Shown: positions 63,022-64,000 of the stretch, piece by piece
How the letters are laid out: every line of letters starts with the position of its first letter
How positions within the stretch are numbered: position 1 is the first letter of the stretch
From: Tubulanus polymorphus
Taxonomy: Eukaryota; Animalia; Nemertea
Direction: 5' to 3'
DNA length: 64,000 bases
NCBI RefSeq assembly: GCF_964204645.1
Contig: NC_134034.1
Location: 620,001 to 684,000 of the forward strand
The notes under the pieces: model-generated
What the model was told of the DNA's origin: nothing
The model's input: the letters and a program-made list of their open reading frames with translations, nothing else
Database searches by the model: none
Program-made: the position numbers and the translations under genes

Positions 63022-64000
63022 CTAAGCAAGTTGGTAATAATCCCAAATGCTTCGTAAGAATTCGTCACTTTTAACGCCGTCCCAGAAGATGAGATCATCG
63101 ATTATAAGCGGGTGTCGTGTGTTAGTTCGCCCGGCAAGAGCTCCAATGGTGCATTGATTTATTGTAGAGATACAATTAGCTGACAGATCACCGTCGTGTG
63201 CAACGTTACCTAAAAGTAGAATAGCCCTGCACTCAAACTTCAAGAATATATAATTTCATATTATCAAATTTAGACGTTTAAGAAATGAAAATATTTTATC
63301 AAGAGTTTAGTATTCGAAATAATAAAAAAAGAAGTAAAAAAAGTAAAAAAAGAAGACACATGAACTCGTTCAAGAGTTCAGGTGTGAAGAAAATAATAAA
63401 AAGTGGGAGGCATCCAGGCTAATCAGTAAATCATTTAGATACTCTTATACATGGTTTCTTAAAAGATTCCAAAATATTTTTGATTAATTCAATGATGAAA
63501 TGATGAAATTATTTTATAAACAAGTTTCTCTCTTGCTCTTTTAAGTATATGTAACACATAGCGGGTCTGAATCTTACTAACGTTACCTAAAGTTCCGTTG
63601 GTGTACAATTGCGCCCCCTGCTGACGATTCCACGTGGCAGTCACGTGCACCCAGCCGATACCGATATGTGTGTGACTAGCGACTCGAATCTGTCTTTGTT
63701 TTCCGTATTTATTGCCGAAACAATGCCGAATACTCATCTGGATATAACCGGCTTGGTGGAATACCGAATAACCGTACGATCCGCTTGTATGGCCGCCATT
63801 ACCAAGATAGAATATCGTGTCACAACTCGAGCATAGCGGATTCTCAAAAATCGGGTTCTCATTCATCACGTACAACCAGAACATCATCGTAAAACCGTCC
63901 GCGCCGCATTCCGTAAAGTTTCCCCCGAAACAACCCAGATGACGAACGTCTCCGAAATTCAAGTATCCAGTATTCCGGATCTGCAGTGCGTGTTCGGAGA
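63022..64000 (-). CDS. 3' end of a gene encoding a C-terminal laminin-G / ConA-like (pentraxin-like) domain; partial
   Basis: The frame is open from the window edge (SEHALQIRNTGYLNFG..CFGGNFTECGADGFTMMFW...WVHVTATW....LYTNG) to a donor at 63586 (or 63576). The last exon 63209-63022 encodes ..IIDDLIFWD....FLRSIW and a stop. The intron is phase 1 at both ends. Confidence 0.8.

Overview
AT-rich animal genomic DNA with spliceosomal introns, most consistent with an invertebrate bilaterian (probably a lophotrochozoan; this is inference). It is not prokaryotic and has no CRISPR array. Splicing exons by hand gives: (1) a 9-coding-exon minus-strand gene (6347-11978, 498 aa) with signal peptide, two Ig-like domains, one TM helix and a cytoplasmic degenerate SH2 domain ending in a PDZ-type motif, the most unusual item and not visible as a single ORF; (2) a head-to-head ankyrin-repeat/SOCS-box gene; (3) a small secreted 3xTSP1 protein gene and its pseudogene duplicate; (4) an intron-poor 1918-aa CUB/C-type-lectin/LDLa/LRR GRL101-like GPCR; (5) two tandem astacin-TSP1-MAM metalloprotease paralogues of about 1.4k aa, which differ consistently in charge, have separately homogenised TSP1 exon arrays and patchy sequence identity, with copy 1 carrying a 6.3-kb long-TIR element that contains a hammerhead-like motif; (6) the 3' end of a LamG/ConA-like domain gene. 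Intergenic and intronic DNA is rich in MITEs, tRNA-derived SINE heads, minisatellites and CTCF-like motifs. All gene models were read by eye from GT-AG sites and frame continuity and are not supported by transcript data.
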